Source of the DNA: Vulcanimicrobiota bacterium
GTDB taxonomy: Bacteria; Vulcanimicrobiota; Vulcanimicrobiia; Vulcanimicrobiales; Vulcanimicrobiaceae
NCBI GenBank assembly: GCA_963743445.1
Contig: CAVUPL010000003.1
Coordinates: forward strand, 375,984 to 439,983
DNA length: 64,000 bases
Direction of reading: 5' to 3'
In this document: one piece after another, positions 9,548 to 18,169 of the stretch
Position numbering within the stretch: the first letter of the stretch is position 1
Layout of the letters: each line of letters opens with the position of its first letter
Program-made: the position numbers and the translations under genes
The notes under the pieces: generated by a model
What the model saw: the letters and a program-made list of their open reading frames with translations, nothing else
The model's database searches: none
What the model was told of the DNA's origin: nothing

Positions 9548-10663
9548 ATGACCAAGCATAGCAAAGTCCAGATTCAAAGCAAGTCCCGAAAGGAACGTCG
9601 CGCAAAGGCGAACCCGCTTGCGATCGGAATCGACCTGGGCGACCGGTATAGCGAAGCCTGTGTGCTTGACGAGGAGGGCGCAATCGCCAGCCAAACTCGC
9701 CTGCGCACGACTCGGGCGACGTTACAGGAATACTTCAACTCGCGTGCGCCGGCCCGGGTCGCACTTGAGACGGGAACGCACTCGGGATGGGTCAGCCGAC
9801 TCATCGCCGGCTGCGGCCACGAGGTTGTCGTTGCCAATGCCCGCGAGTTGCGCAAGATTCACCAAAGCGATCGAAAGAACGATCGCGCCGATGCAGAGAT
9901 CCTCGCTCGCATAGTTCGCTTCGATCCGCAGCTCCTCGCACCAGTCCAGCATCGTAGCGAGCAGATGCAAGCCGACATCTCTCTGATCCGTGCGCGTGAC
10001 GTCCTCGTTGGCGCGCGTACAAAGCTTATCAATGCCGCGCGCGGATTGACCAAGTCCCTGGGTGGTCGCTTACCGCGGTGCACTACTCCATGCTTTGCTC
10101 AGCGCATTCGCGAGCAAACTCCCGAGCGGTTCGAAACGATGCTCGCACCGCTAGCAGCTGCAATCGATTCGCTAACGGAGCAGATCCGCTGCTATGACAA
10201 GCAGCTCGAGGTGCTAGCTCACCAATGCTATCCGGAAACGGAGGTTCTGCGGCAGGTAGCCGGCGTTGGGGCGTTAACCTCGCTGGCCTTCGTGCTCACA
10301 CTTTCCGACAAGACTCGCTTTGCACGTAGCCGCGACGTCGGAGCCTACCTCGGGTTGGTTCCGCGCCAAGATGACTCGGGTGAACATTCCCCGCAACTGC
10401 CGATCACCAAAGCTGGAAACGGGTATCTGCGCCGCCTGCTGATCGGAAGCGCTCACTACATCTTAGGACCCTTTGGACCAGACTCCGACTTACGGCGCTT
10501 TGGGATACATTTGGCCGAGCGCGGCGGCAAGAATGCCAAGAAACGAGCCGTTGTCGCGGTGGCTCGTAAGCTCGCGGTACTGCTTCACCGGTTGTGGGTC
10601 ACTGCAGAGGTCTACGAGCCCGTGCGCGCCGGCGTCCCGTTAGGAGCGGTTGGCGTCGCCTAA
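9548..10663 (+). CDS. IS110-family DEDD transposase/recombinase
   Basis: Same protein as 2875-3990. ATG 9548 has an AAAGGAG RBS. The upstream GTG at 9509 given by the ORF track is less likely. Confidence 0.9.
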   Translation: MTKHSKVQIQSKSRKERRAKANPLAIGIDLGDRYSEACVLDEEGAIASQTRLRTTRATLQEYFNSRAPARVALETGTHSGWVSRLIAGCGHEVVVANARELRKIHQSDRKNDRADAEILARIVRFDPQLLAPVQHRSEQMQADISLIRARDVLVGARTKLINAARGLTKSLGGRLPRCTTPCFAQRIREQTPERFETMLAPLAAAIDSLTEQIRCYDKQLEVLAHQCYPETEVLRQVAGVGALTSLAFVLTLSDKTRFARSRDVGAYLGLVPRQDDSGEHSPQLPITKAGNGYLRRLLIGSAHYILGPFGPDSDLRRFGIHLAERGGKNAKKRAVVAVARKLAVLLHRLWVTAEVYEPVRAGVPLGAVGVA

Positions 10664-10922
10664 ATACTCGCGAGGAAAACTTCGCGCGACATTCGCTCCA
10701 ACAATTCGCCGCGTTTTGGTGACTGCGATGCGAGCTAGGATCCTCTGAGATCGTCGCTTAGATAGCAGCGCCAAACTCCACGAGGAACCCCAACGTGCAC
10801 CGAGCCAACAATGGCTCACAACGAGTGCGGATGGAAGCGGGGCGAGATGAATTGGTGGAGCGATGTATTTGGCCGCCACGTCGGCCTTGACAAAAACGGC
10901 CTTCTCATGGAAGCTCGCAGCG
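10664..10922 (+). ncRNA. candidate bridge/seek RNA region of IS copy B
   Basis: Long 3' non-coding flank with local hairpins (e.g. CGCGAGGAAAACTTCGCG at its start). No ORF with sensible composition. Called by analogy to IS1111-type elements. Confidence 0.25.
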
Positions 10923-10970
10923 TGCCTCGCAGCTTAGATCGCAACGCTTAACGCGTTGCAGCTTGGATCG
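10923..10970. repeat. REP-like intergenic unit (right part, after IS copy B)
   Basis: TGCCTCGCAGCTTAGATCGCAACGCTTAACGCGTTGCAGC aligns with the reverse complement of 13301-13345. Confidence 0.65.
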
Positions 10971-11356
10971 CGGCGGCTTGGATTCGTGTGGCCGAGCGGC
11001 TCAGCGGCCGGGTGTCTCGTCTTGGCTTCGCCAACCCCTATCCCGCGCCGCAGCATAACGGGCATAGGGGAAGGGCCTCAATTCCGGCCACCCTGCTCGG
11101 CGCTCGTGGATCCAGGCTTGCAGCGAAAAACCCAGTAAAATCAGGCTTTTTTGCGCATTCATCGATCGACGCGCCTAACGCGCGGCCTCGTGCAAACTTT
11201 GCAACGCCGTTTGCAAAAACCGCGACGCATCAAAAACGCTATATAGCATAAGGCTTTTTCGGCATGCTCCGGGATGCATGGTCGCGGCCGGTGTATCGGA
11301 TCATAGAGGGTGCTTGGACGGGGTGGCCGGACGCCGATCGTCGTAAGAGTAGGGCG

Positions 11357-11575
11357 ATGAGGGTAACATTTGACGAGCTCTGCCAGATCCTGGCGCGCGC
11401 AAAGTCGGTTCGCCCGGATTTCTGGAAAGAGGATCCGCTATACATAGAAGTCGGTACACACACAGATCGACACGTGTCAAATACCGAACCGTACTCCGTG
11501 AGCGGTAGCCCAGACCTCGCAATTGACGTTAATGCTGAAGGCGAAGCGTTGGGAATCGAATTCCTGCCAGTCTAG
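11357..11575 (+). CDS. DUF2283-like small protein
   Basis: MRVTFDE...DPLYIEV.....DLAIDVNAEGEALGIEFLPV matches the DUF2283 pattern (MkitYD..aDaLYI.l....iD.d..G.ivGIEil). The ORF track's start at 11264 is probably too far upstream. Confidence 0.55.
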   Translation: MRVTFDELCQILARAKSVRPDFWKEDPLYIEVGTHTDRHVSNTEPYSVSGSPDLAIDVNAEGEALGIEFLPV

Positions 11576-11658
11576 TGACAAGACATGTCAAATGGAACAA
11601 CGTTTTTTAGCTATGCTCCGCGATGCATGGTCATCGAGGATGCATCAGCGTGCATCGC

Positions 11659-12045
11659 TTAGCCGGCTCGGCCTCGCGATTGCGAACGCCGGGCGCGGGG
11701 CGGCGGGGTTCGCAAAATCGCGATCGGGTTTTGGCACAATCCTTTAATCAATCGAAGGTGTACGACCGTCGTAAAACCGATGTCCACGCGGATTGGGTCA
11801 GAATATGCGCAACCTGAATCGGTTTTAGCTGCCAAACCGTAAGCGCCGGGGGCGAGGTCCGTAAAATGGAACGAACCATCCGACCCGGATAGAGTCTTTT
11901 CTATTGTCTGGTTAGCATAAAGTGCAACGACCGATATGGGCACGCCGGAAACAAGCTTGCCATTGTAATCCACGATCGTCCCCGTAATCTCTGGGGTCGG
12001 CGATAAAGCTGCTAACGTCAGGATCAAGCAGATCAGTGGGTTCAT
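11659..12045 (-). CDS. secreted carboxypeptidase-regulatory-like (CarboxypepD_reg) domain protein
   Basis: MNPLICLILTLAALSPTPEITGTIVDYNGKLVSGVPISVV...SDGSFHFTDLAPGAYGL. The last ~15 codons (..PPPRARRSQSRGRAG*) are read from a REP-like unit at 11669-11700. Confidence 0.55.
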   Translation of the reverse strand: MNPLICLILTLAALSPTPEITGTIVDYNGKLVSGVPISVVALYANQTIEKTLSGSDGSFHFTDLAPGAYGLAAKTDSGCAYSDPIRVDIGFTTVVHLRLIKGLCQNPIAILRTPPPRARRSQSRGRAG

Positions 12046-12087
12046 CTTATCCCCTGTAATCAAAAGCGGCCGTTAGCGTCGGCCCCG

Positions 12088-12933
12088 TCATGCAGCCATT
12101 GATTTCTGTGGAAGTTGGGTAGTTTCGTAGGTTGCGAGGAACTCCTCGGGCGTGCGGTAACCGAGCGCGCTGTGCGAGTGCGTCGTGTTGTAGCCATGCA
12201 GCCACCCATGCGCCTTGAGTTGTCCTTCGGCTAGCGAGTGAAACCACTGCGCGTTGAGGAACTCGCAGCGAACGCGGTTGTTAAACGACTCGATAAACGC
12301 GTTCTGCGTCGGCTTACCGGGCTGGATGAAGAGCAGCTCGACGTCGTGCTCTTCCGACCAAATCTGCATGAGCTTCGACGTGAACTCTGTGCCGTTGTCG
12401 ATCCGCAGGTACTTCGGGTAACCATAGATCGCCGCAACACTGTCCAGCACCGCGATCACCGAGCGGCTCGGGAACGAGAACGACATCTCCAGGGCGAGGC
12501 CGCTGCGGCTGAACTCATCCTCCATTGAGAGCGTCCGGAACGCCCGGCCGCCGAAAAGCCGGTCGTGCATGAAGTCGAGCGTCCAGCCTTCGAACGGCTT
12601 GGTTGCGCGACGCAGCGGCTTGCCTCGCACGATCTTGGCTCGGCCACGCCGGCGCCGTCGACCGATTTGCAGGTTCGCCAAGCGGTAAATCCGGCGAAAT
12701 CGCTTGTAGTTCATGAACTCGTCTCGTTCGGGCATCGCGTCGCGAGCATAGTCATCGTAGAGTCGTCGACAGCCGTGTTCGGCGTGTGCTTGCGCGACTT
12801 CAGTGAGTCGGGTAGCCCAGCGCGCGTCCTCCACCGCTTTCGCACTGGGTTTCTCGCGCGGTGATCGACGTCGCGCACGCACGATCGCGCAGGCTTCGCG
12901 TTGACTTACGCCGAGCGTTTGCAGCGCCTTCAC
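12088..12933 (-). CDS. IS3-family transposase OrfB (DDE integrase core)
   Basis: ..WTLDFMHD....RIDNGTEFTS...IQPGKPTQNAFIESFNNRVRCEFLN. Lies in the -1 frame relative to OrfA and is probably expressed as an OrfAB fusion. Confidence 0.9.
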   Translation of the reverse strand: MKALQTLGVSQREACAIVRARRRSPREKPSAKAVEDARWATRLTEVAQAHAEHGCRRLYDDYARDAMPERDEFMNYKRFRRIYRLANLQIGRRRRRGRAKIVRGKPLRRATKPFEGWTLDFMHDRLFGGRAFRTLSMEDEFSRSGLALEMSFSFPSRSVIAVLDSVAAIYGYPKYLRIDNGTEFTSKLMQIWSEEHDVELLFIQPGKPTQNAFIESFNNRVRCEFLNAQWFHSLAEGQLKAHGWLHGYNTTHSHSALGYRTPEEFLATYETTQLPQKSMAA

Positions 12934-13223
12934 GACTTCGGCTCGCCGGGAAGGCTCCAGGAGTTTTTTCGCATGAGCTCTTCCATGGCATCGATCTTGA
13001 CCGTTTGGCGAGCGATGATGCGCTGCATCTGCACATTCTCGGCCTCGAGCTGCTTGAGCCGGGCGAGATCGCTAGCGTTCATGCCGGCGTACTTCGACCG
13101 CCAAAGTCGGATCGTGTTAGCGTGAATGCCGTGGCGGCGCGCAAGTTCTTCAGCCGGCGCTCCGGCATCGAACTCGCGTAAGATCGCAACGATCTGCACC
13201 TCGGAGAAGCGACTCTTGCGCAT
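12930..13223 (-). CDS. IS3-family transposase OrfA (HTH)
   Basis: MRKSRFSEVQIVAILREFDAGAPAEELARRHGIHANTIRLWRSKYAGMNASDLARLKQLEAEN is a typical IS3/IS407 OrfA. Confidence 0.9.
   Translation of the reverse strand: MRKSRFSEVQIVAILREFDAGAPAEELARRHGIHANTIRLWRSKYAGMNASDLARLKQLEAENVQMQRIIARQTVKIDAMEELMRKNSWSLPGEPKS
12963..12969 (-). promoter_or_regulatory. -1 programmed ribosomal frameshift heptamer A_AAA_AAC (IS3 copy 1)
   Basis: The heptamer sits in the OrfA zero frame (CGA AAA AAC). A -1 shift reads KKLLEPSRRAEVVKALQTL.. into OrfB. Confidence 0.6.
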
Positions 13224-13300
13224 GGGTGGATCTCCTTCGTAGCCCGTTTGGGCGGAAATCCACAGTTATCCCTGGCTCCCGATTCTGGGCCGACGCTAAG

Positions 13301-13449
13301 CCGCAACGCGTTAAGCGCCGCGATCTAAGCTGCTAGACCTGCGAGGCTACTGCGAGCACCGCTGCCGCGCTGCGAGGCGCTCGCAACTGCAATGCGAGCA
13401 AGGCCGCTAGGCAACAGCACGGCCTCGCGATCGCGAACGCCGGGCGCGG
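13301..13449. repeat. intact REP-like intergenic unit
   Basis: Contains CTTAACGCGTTGCGGC, AGCTTAGATCGC and CTCGCAG reiterations, GCTCGCAACTGCAATGCGAGC, and GGCCTCGCGATCGCGAACGCCGGGCGCGG (13421-13449; palindrome at 13425-13436). Confidence 0.7.
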
Positions 13450-13580
13450 CGGGCGGCGGGGGCTCAGCGATCGACGCGGCAGGACGCGCGGCGGGCGTTA
13501 CGGCCTCAACGCGAAGACCGTTCCCGCGCGGTACGTGTCGCCATCAGATGCGGTCTCAGGCTTAGCGTCGAAGGCGCGGG

Positions 13581-14600
13581 TTAATGCGGAGCGCGACTAA
13601 CGGCTATACCCTCCGGTGACGAAATCCCTCCGCTCGTCCCTTTAACGGGATAGCCGCCCGCCGGATAAATCCAGTAGGCAACGTCGTTACCGGGCAGGTC
13701 CGCTCCGATGAGCCTCTTCCCTCTCGGGTTTACCTTGCCGTTTCCAAACAACTTTGGGACCGCAAACTCAAGCACCCAGTCCGAGCCACTGAGTGTTGTT
13801 GAACCTTCGAGCCGTCCGCTTGAGCCTGACATCGAGAACTGGTGGATCGCGGTTGGACCTGAACCAAATCCCAGCGCAAGATACTCCCCGTCCCACGCGA
13901 GGCCGCCGGCAAATGGCGGAGTATCGTCCAGGGTCACGCTCGTGAGCGTACTGCCGCCTTTTGGAAGCTCGACGAGTTGGAAGGGACTACTTGGACCAAC
14001 GCCGTCGACGTAGAGGTTGCCCTCATTGTCATAGGCGGGATAGTAGAATAATGAGACGCTAGCATCTGCATACTGCGTCGGAGTACCCGATGCGTCTCGG
14101 TAAACCAAGACGCTGCTCGGCGCGCTACCCGGACTCGTATTGCTGGCAGCGAGATCGCCGGTCGTCGGATCGACGGCGCAAGCCGTGGGACTTCCGTATG
14201 GGTCGCTCAGAGCATTGATCGGGCTCGTGCCGCCGTGCTCGTACTCGAAGATCTGCGATGTTCGAGAGTTTGTGACGAACACATCGCCGTTTCTATCGGC
14301 ACACAAGCCGCGCGGCGCCTCAAAACCGGTCAACGTTCCTACCTGATGTTGGTATCCCCACGTGTAGACGGTCACCGTATTCGTACCGCCATTCGAGACG
14401 TAGAGCAAATCGTCACTCTTCGCTTCCGGCAGCATCCACGACCCGCCGTGCGAAGCGTGCGTTGCGATCGCGCTGCTTTGCTGCATAGCGCCCGGCGCGC
14501 CGGTCGGCGGCTGCGATCCGCCGCATCCTGCAAGCAATGCCGCGGCCGTGCAAATGGTAAGCGCGTACCTGGCGAGACGCGAACGCTTCATCTGCTTCAC
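13581..14600 (-). CDS. lipoprotein, beta-propeller-like paralog family A
   Basis: MKQMKRSRLARYALTICTAAALLAGCGGSQPPTGAPGAMQQSSAIATHASHGGSWMLPEAKSDDLLYVS.. Core 20-mer at 14506-14525. Confidence 0.8.
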   Translation of the reverse strand: MKQMKRSRLARYALTICTAAALLAGCGGSQPPTGAPGAMQQSSAIATHASHGGSWMLPEAKSDDLLYVSNGGTNTVTVYTWGYQHQVGTLTGFEAPRGLCADRNGDVFVTNSRTSQIFEYEHGGTSPINALSDPYGSPTACAVDPTTGDLAASNTSPGSAPSSVLVYRDASGTPTQYADASVSLFYYPAYDNEGNLYVDGVGPSSPFQLVELPKGGSTLTSVTLDDTPPFAGGLAWDGEYLALGFGSGPTAIHQFSMSGSSGRLEGSTTLSGSDWVLEFAVPKLFGNGKVNPRGKRLIGADLPGNDVAYWIYPAGGYPVKGTSGGISSPEGIAVSRAPH

Positions 14601-14603
14601 TCC

Positions 14604-15572
14604 CTACTTTTGTGCCTTGCTCACCGTGACACCACTGAAACTTGACAACTTTGGCGCAAAATGCTGGAGCAGTTTGCGAGCCTTCTCCCCCGTTGGATAA
14701 TTCCAAAGGCCAATGTTGGGAGCTCTGGACTGGTCCCCGCTCGTGCCAAACGGAATGAGGATTGTGTTGTCATTGATCCAGGACTGGTAGGCATCCCGCA
14801 TCGCCCCTTTAAAGTGCGTTGTGCCCACGATGGTTGCCGTCGAGCCCGAAAGTTGCAAACGGTAGATCGCGACAGCGTTCCGCGGCTGGTGAAGGGCGAC
14901 CCCACCTTCAACGGTAACGTAGCTGCCGTCCCACTGGACCTGTCCCGGATTTTCAGTGATGCTGGGACTAACACTTATATTAATAAACGTGCTACTTCCG
15001 CTCGGAAGCTCAGTTAAGGCAAATTCATTGTCCGCATACCCGTCGACGAAGAGGTCGCTGTTGTTGTCGTAACCACAGTAAAAGGTCTCTATGTCGTCTT
15101 TGTAAATTGTCGGGGTGCCCTGCGCCTCCTGAAAAACTGCTAGGTTGCCTCCGCTTGAAGTGGAGAAGGCTACGGCCAGATTTCCGGTAGTTGGGTCGAT
15201 GGAGCATCCAATTGCGTTAGCGGCTCCTGGCAGGCTCAACGTTGCAATCGGAATTGTCCCGCCATGCTTGTATTCAAGCACGTTATCATCTGCTGTAAGA
15301 AACACATTGCCATTGCTATCCGAACAAGCGCCGTTAGCTCCAGCATCGATAGTTCCCAGTAACTTCCCCGCCGGATACGAGAGCACGTAAGAATGCTCGT
15401 TGCCAGCAGCGTAAATGAGGTCCCCATTGTGCTCAGCCTGCGATGTGATCGCGCGGCTTTGCGGCATCGCGCCCGGCACGCCGATCGGCGGCTGCGATCC
15501 GCCGCAGCCAAAAAGCATTGCCGCAGCCGCGCAGCTGCATAGCGTGGACCGGCTAAAATCTGAAGGCTTCAT
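14604..15572 (-). CDS. lipoprotein, beta-propeller-like paralog family A
   Basis: MKPSDFSRSTLCSCAAAAMLFGCGGSQPPIGVPGAMPQSRAITSQAEH.. Core at 15487-15506. A 3-nt gap separates it from the downstream gene. Confidence 0.8.
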   Translation of the reverse strand: MKPSDFSRSTLCSCAAAAMLFGCGGSQPPIGVPGAMPQSRAITSQAEHNGDLIYAAGNEHSYVLSYPAGKLLGTIDAGANGACSDSNGNVFLTADDNVLEYKHGGTIPIATLSLPGAANAIGCSIDPTTGNLAVAFSTSSGGNLAVFQEAQGTPTIYKDDIETFYCGYDNNSDLFVDGYADNEFALTELPSGSSTFINISVSPSITENPGQVQWDGSYVTVEGGVALHQPRNAVAIYRLQLSGSTATIVGTTHFKGAMRDAYQSWINDNTILIPFGTSGDQSRAPNIGLWNYPTGEKARKLLQHFAPKLSSFSGVTVSKAQK

Positions 15573-15605
15573 CTGCTTAGCTCCTTAGCTGCATGTCACG
15601 ACGAT

Positions 15606-16559
15606 TCAGGGCAGCAGCGGAGGCGAGTACGCCGAACCCTCCGGGGCATAGAGCTCTTTATTGATTTGCCGCTTTGACGGCGTGATCGAACCAGGTGCAA
15701 ACTCAACGACAAGGTTGTTCCCGAAGTTGCTGACGTAGAGGCGCCCAATCTTGTTGACAGTTGCCGCCGCTGGTTGGTTCAAGCCTTCTGTGATCGTCTG
15801 ATACGGATGATTTTGCCCGGCAGCATACTTTTCCACATTGTTTTGCCGAATATTCGTCACATAGAGTGTGCCCTTGGCGTCCACGGTGATGCCGACCGGA
15901 GACATTACACTATCCGTGATCGTCCTGCTCGGTGTCTTACCACCCCGCGCATATACTTGAACATTTTGGGTCGAGCCACCCAAACCGTTGGAAACGTACA
16001 AGTTGCCGGAGTGATCGATCGCAATGCCTACCGGATAGATAAGACCGCGAGTTATAACGGCGTACGGCTTGGACGAGTCCTTCCTGTACTCGGTAACATT
16101 ACCGGAAAGGTTTGCGACCCAAAGGTTTCCTGTGCCATCAATTGCGCAGAACGCTGGCCCATTAATACCTTTCGTAATTATCTTAGACGGCTTCGTTTGC
16201 CCGGCGGCGTATTCCGAAACCCAGCCAGAACCACTCGCCGGCTCATTTGTTACATAAAGCGTGCCAGCGCGATCGACGCAATCGGCCGCCGGGTAATTCA
16301 GCCCATCGGTAATCGTTGCCTTAGGGGGTGGGTCCTTGATCGTTGGATCGTAAACATGGAGCTCGCTCGGGCCAAAGGCATTCACAACGTACAGCAGCGG
16401 GGTTGAAGCCGTGTCATGCTCGGCGTGCGTTGCGATCTGCGAGCTTTGCGGCATCGTGCCCGGCGCGCCGATCGGCGGCTGCGATCCGCCGCAGCCCGCG
16501 AGCACGGCGATAAGCGCAATAGGGCTAAGGCTTTTCGAAATGAGGCGTAAGGCGCTCAT
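15606..16559 (-). CDS. lipoprotein, NHL-like six-bladed beta-propeller (family B)
   Basis: LAGCGGSQPPIGAPGTMPQS is followed by repeated G(T/N)LYV(T/S/A)N blades (GTLYVTN, GNLWVAN, GNLYVSN, GTLYVTN, GRLYVSN). Core at 16474-16493. Confidence 0.8.
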   Translation of the reverse strand: MSALRLISKSLSPIALIAVLAGCGGSQPPIGAPGTMPQSSQIATHAEHDTASTPLLYVVNAFGPSELHVYDPTIKDPPPKATITDGLNYPAADCVDRAGTLYVTNEPASGSGWVSEYAAGQTKPSKIITKGINGPAFCAIDGTGNLWVANLSGNVTEYRKDSSKPYAVITRGLIYPVGIAIDHSGNLYVSNGLGGSTQNVQVYARGGKTPSRTITDSVMSPVGITVDAKGTLYVTNIRQNNVEKYAAGQNHPYQTITEGLNQPAAATVNKIGRLYVSNFGNNLVVEFAPGSITPSKRQINKELYAPEGSAYSPPLLP

Positions 16560-16569
16560 TTTTGGTCCT

Positions 16570-17592
16570 TTATTTGCGCGTATGCGAGGCGGGTGGGGCG
16601 ACGGAGACCGTTACGGCGTAAGAAGAATTAACAGCGATTGCCTTCTCAAAAACGGCGCCGGGATAGGTGAGAAGCACAACGTCATTTACCCCATCGGCGA
16701 CTATAACCGTTGAGCCTTTGATAAAGAAGCTGTCCGCCGTGTCATGGAGCCGTACCGTGCTCACGAAAACCCCACGGTTTCCCTCGATTTTATATCTAAA
16801 AAGAAGGCCATCGATCGAAGGGTCGTACGTCCCGTCCCCGAGAACCACGTATGTGCCGTCCCACTGAACGCCTATCGCGACTTTGATGGTTTTCTTTTGT
16901 TTAATCTCCGTAAATTGACGGCTGTCTTTCGCAAGCTCGGCCAGGCGATGTTTTGGCTCACCATAACCATGACTACGACTTTTCCCGTAACCCATAACGA
17001 AGAGGTCACTGTGGCTATCATAGCCGCAGTAGAACGCGAGAAAATAAGGCTTGTAAACTTTTGGAGTTCCCGTCGCTCCCGGATAGACGAGGACGGTGCT
17101 GCCGACGTCATTATCCCCGCCATTCGCGACAGCAAGATTCCCAGTGGCTGGGTCCACGGAACAACCCCGAGCCCCATTGTACGGGTCGCTTAACGTTGCG
17201 ATGGGCTCTTGGCCGCCGTGCGCGTACTCTACAATTTTTGAGTCATCACTAGACCTCGACCCTTGCGTCACGAAAATGTTCCCGTGTCGGTCGGAACATA
17301 GTTGCGAGGCGTAGACGCTAAGCTGCCCCACCGGGCTACCGCCTGGATACGTGAACACAGCAACAAAGTGACCGGAAGAATCCTGCCCTGGAGTGGCGAC
17401 ATAAAGCAAGTCCTCGCCCTTCGCTTCCGGCAGCATCCACGATCCGCTGCGATTGGCGTGGGTCGCGAGCGTGGAGGTTTGCGTCATCGCGCCTGGCGCG
17501 GCGATCGGCGGCTGCGATCCGCCGCACCCTGCAACCAATGCGGCAGCGAGGCTAATGCTGAAAGCGTAAAGACTGGTGGCGAAGGTTCTCAT
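16570..17592 (-). CDS. lipoprotein, beta-propeller-like paralog family A
   Basis: LVAGCGGSQPPIAAPGAMTQTSTLATHANRSGSWMLPEAKGEDLLYVA.. Core at 17507-17526. First gene of a four-gene minus-strand operon. Confidence 0.8.
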   Translation of the reverse strand: MRTFATSLYAFSISLAAALVAGCGGSQPPIAAPGAMTQTSTLATHANRSGSWMLPEAKGEDLLYVATPGQDSSGHFVAVFTYPGGSPVGQLSVYASQLCSDRHGNIFVTQGSRSSDDSKIVEYAHGGQEPIATLSDPYNGARGCSVDPATGNLAVANGGDNDVGSTVLVYPGATGTPKVYKPYFLAFYCGYDSHSDLFVMGYGKSRSHGYGEPKHRLAELAKDSRQFTEIKQKKTIKVAIGVQWDGTYVVLGDGTYDPSIDGLLFRYKIEGNRGVFVSTVRLHDTADSFFIKGSTVIVADGVNDVVLLTYPGAVFEKAIAVNSSYAVTVSVAPPASHTRK

Positions 17593-17618
17593 TTGCGGTG
17601 CCTCCGATGCCTGAATAG

Positions 17619-17667
17619 TGTGGACGTTCGCGTTCGGCGCCGCTCAGTCCCAGCGCAGCAACCCGGC
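17619..17667 (-). promoter_or_regulatory. conserved leader upstream of the four-gene lipoprotein operon
   Basis: Reverse complement reads CCGGGTTGCTGCGCTGGGACTGAGCGGCGCCGAACGCGAACGTCCAC, about 30 nt upstream of a GGAGG RBS and the ATG. Confidence 0.4.
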
Positions 17668-17875
17668 TGGGGATCGTAGCCCAGCTTATTAGACAGCACC
17701 GGCCGTCCCGCAACGTGCGGCCGACGTTGCCGAGCGCTACCTTGAAGAATAGAATCTGCTTTGAGGTCACTGACCTCGCGGGACTTAACGCGTTGCGGCT
17801 TAGCGTCGGCCCAGAATCGGGAGCCAGGGATAACTGTGGATTTCCGCCCAAACGGGCTACGAAGGAGATCCACCC

Positions 17876-18169
17876 ATGCGCAAGAGTCGCTTCTCCGAGG
17901 TGCAGATCGTTGCGATCTTACGCGAGTTCGATGCCGGAGCGCCGGCTGAAGAACTTGCGCGCCGCCACGGCATTCACGCTAACACGATCCGACTTTGGCG
18001 GTCGAAGTACGCCGGCATGAACGCTAGCGATCTCGCCCGGCTCAAGCAGCTCGAGGCCGAGAATGTGCAGATGCAGCGCATCATCGCTCGCCAAACGGTC
18101 AAGATCGATGCCATGGAAGAGCTCATGCGAAAAAACTCCTGGAGCCTTCCCGGCGAGCCGAAGTCGTGA
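17876..18169 (+). CDS. IS3-family transposase OrfA
   Basis: Identical to 12930-13223. Confidence 0.9.
   Translation: MRKSRFSEVQIVAILREFDAGAPAEELARRHGIHANTIRLWRSKYAGMNASDLARLKQLEAENVQMQRIIARQTVKIDAMEELMRKNSWSLPGEPKS
18130..18136 (+). promoter_or_regulatory. -1 programmed ribosomal frameshift heptamer A_AAA_AAC (IS3 copy 2)
   Basis: CGA AAA AAC lies in the OrfA frame, and OrfB is in the -1 frame. Confidence 0.6.

Larger units (their letters stand above)
9454..10922 (+). mobile_element. IS110-family (IS1111-like) insertion sequence, copy B, about 1,469 bp
   Basis: Matches the reverse complement of 2616-4084. Subterminal IRs lie at 9464-9475 and 10897-10908. It is inserted inside a REP-like unit. 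Confidence 0.9.
12074..13298 (-). mobile_element. IS3-family (IS407-group-like) insertion sequence, copy 1, 1,225 bp
   Basis: Terminal inverted repeats TAGCGTCGGCCC at both ends. OrfA/orfB are identical to copy 2. One extra C lies in the C-run at 12083-12086 relative to copy 2. Confidence 0.85.

Noticed and set aside
2616-10922. Inverted IS110 copies as ends of an invertible segment or composite transposon carrying 4085-9453
   Set aside because: The two halves of the polymerase gene are collinear across copy A, so no inversion has occurred. IS110-family elements are not known to form composites, and copy B has its own REP target.
10988-11012. tRNA-like string GTGGCCGAGCGGCTCAGCGGCCGGG (resembles the D-arm of Ser/Leu/Tyr tRNAs)
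   Set aside because: I could not build an acceptor stem, anticodon stem or T-arm (no GTTCGAATC-like box) around it. It is probably a chance match or a tiny fragment.
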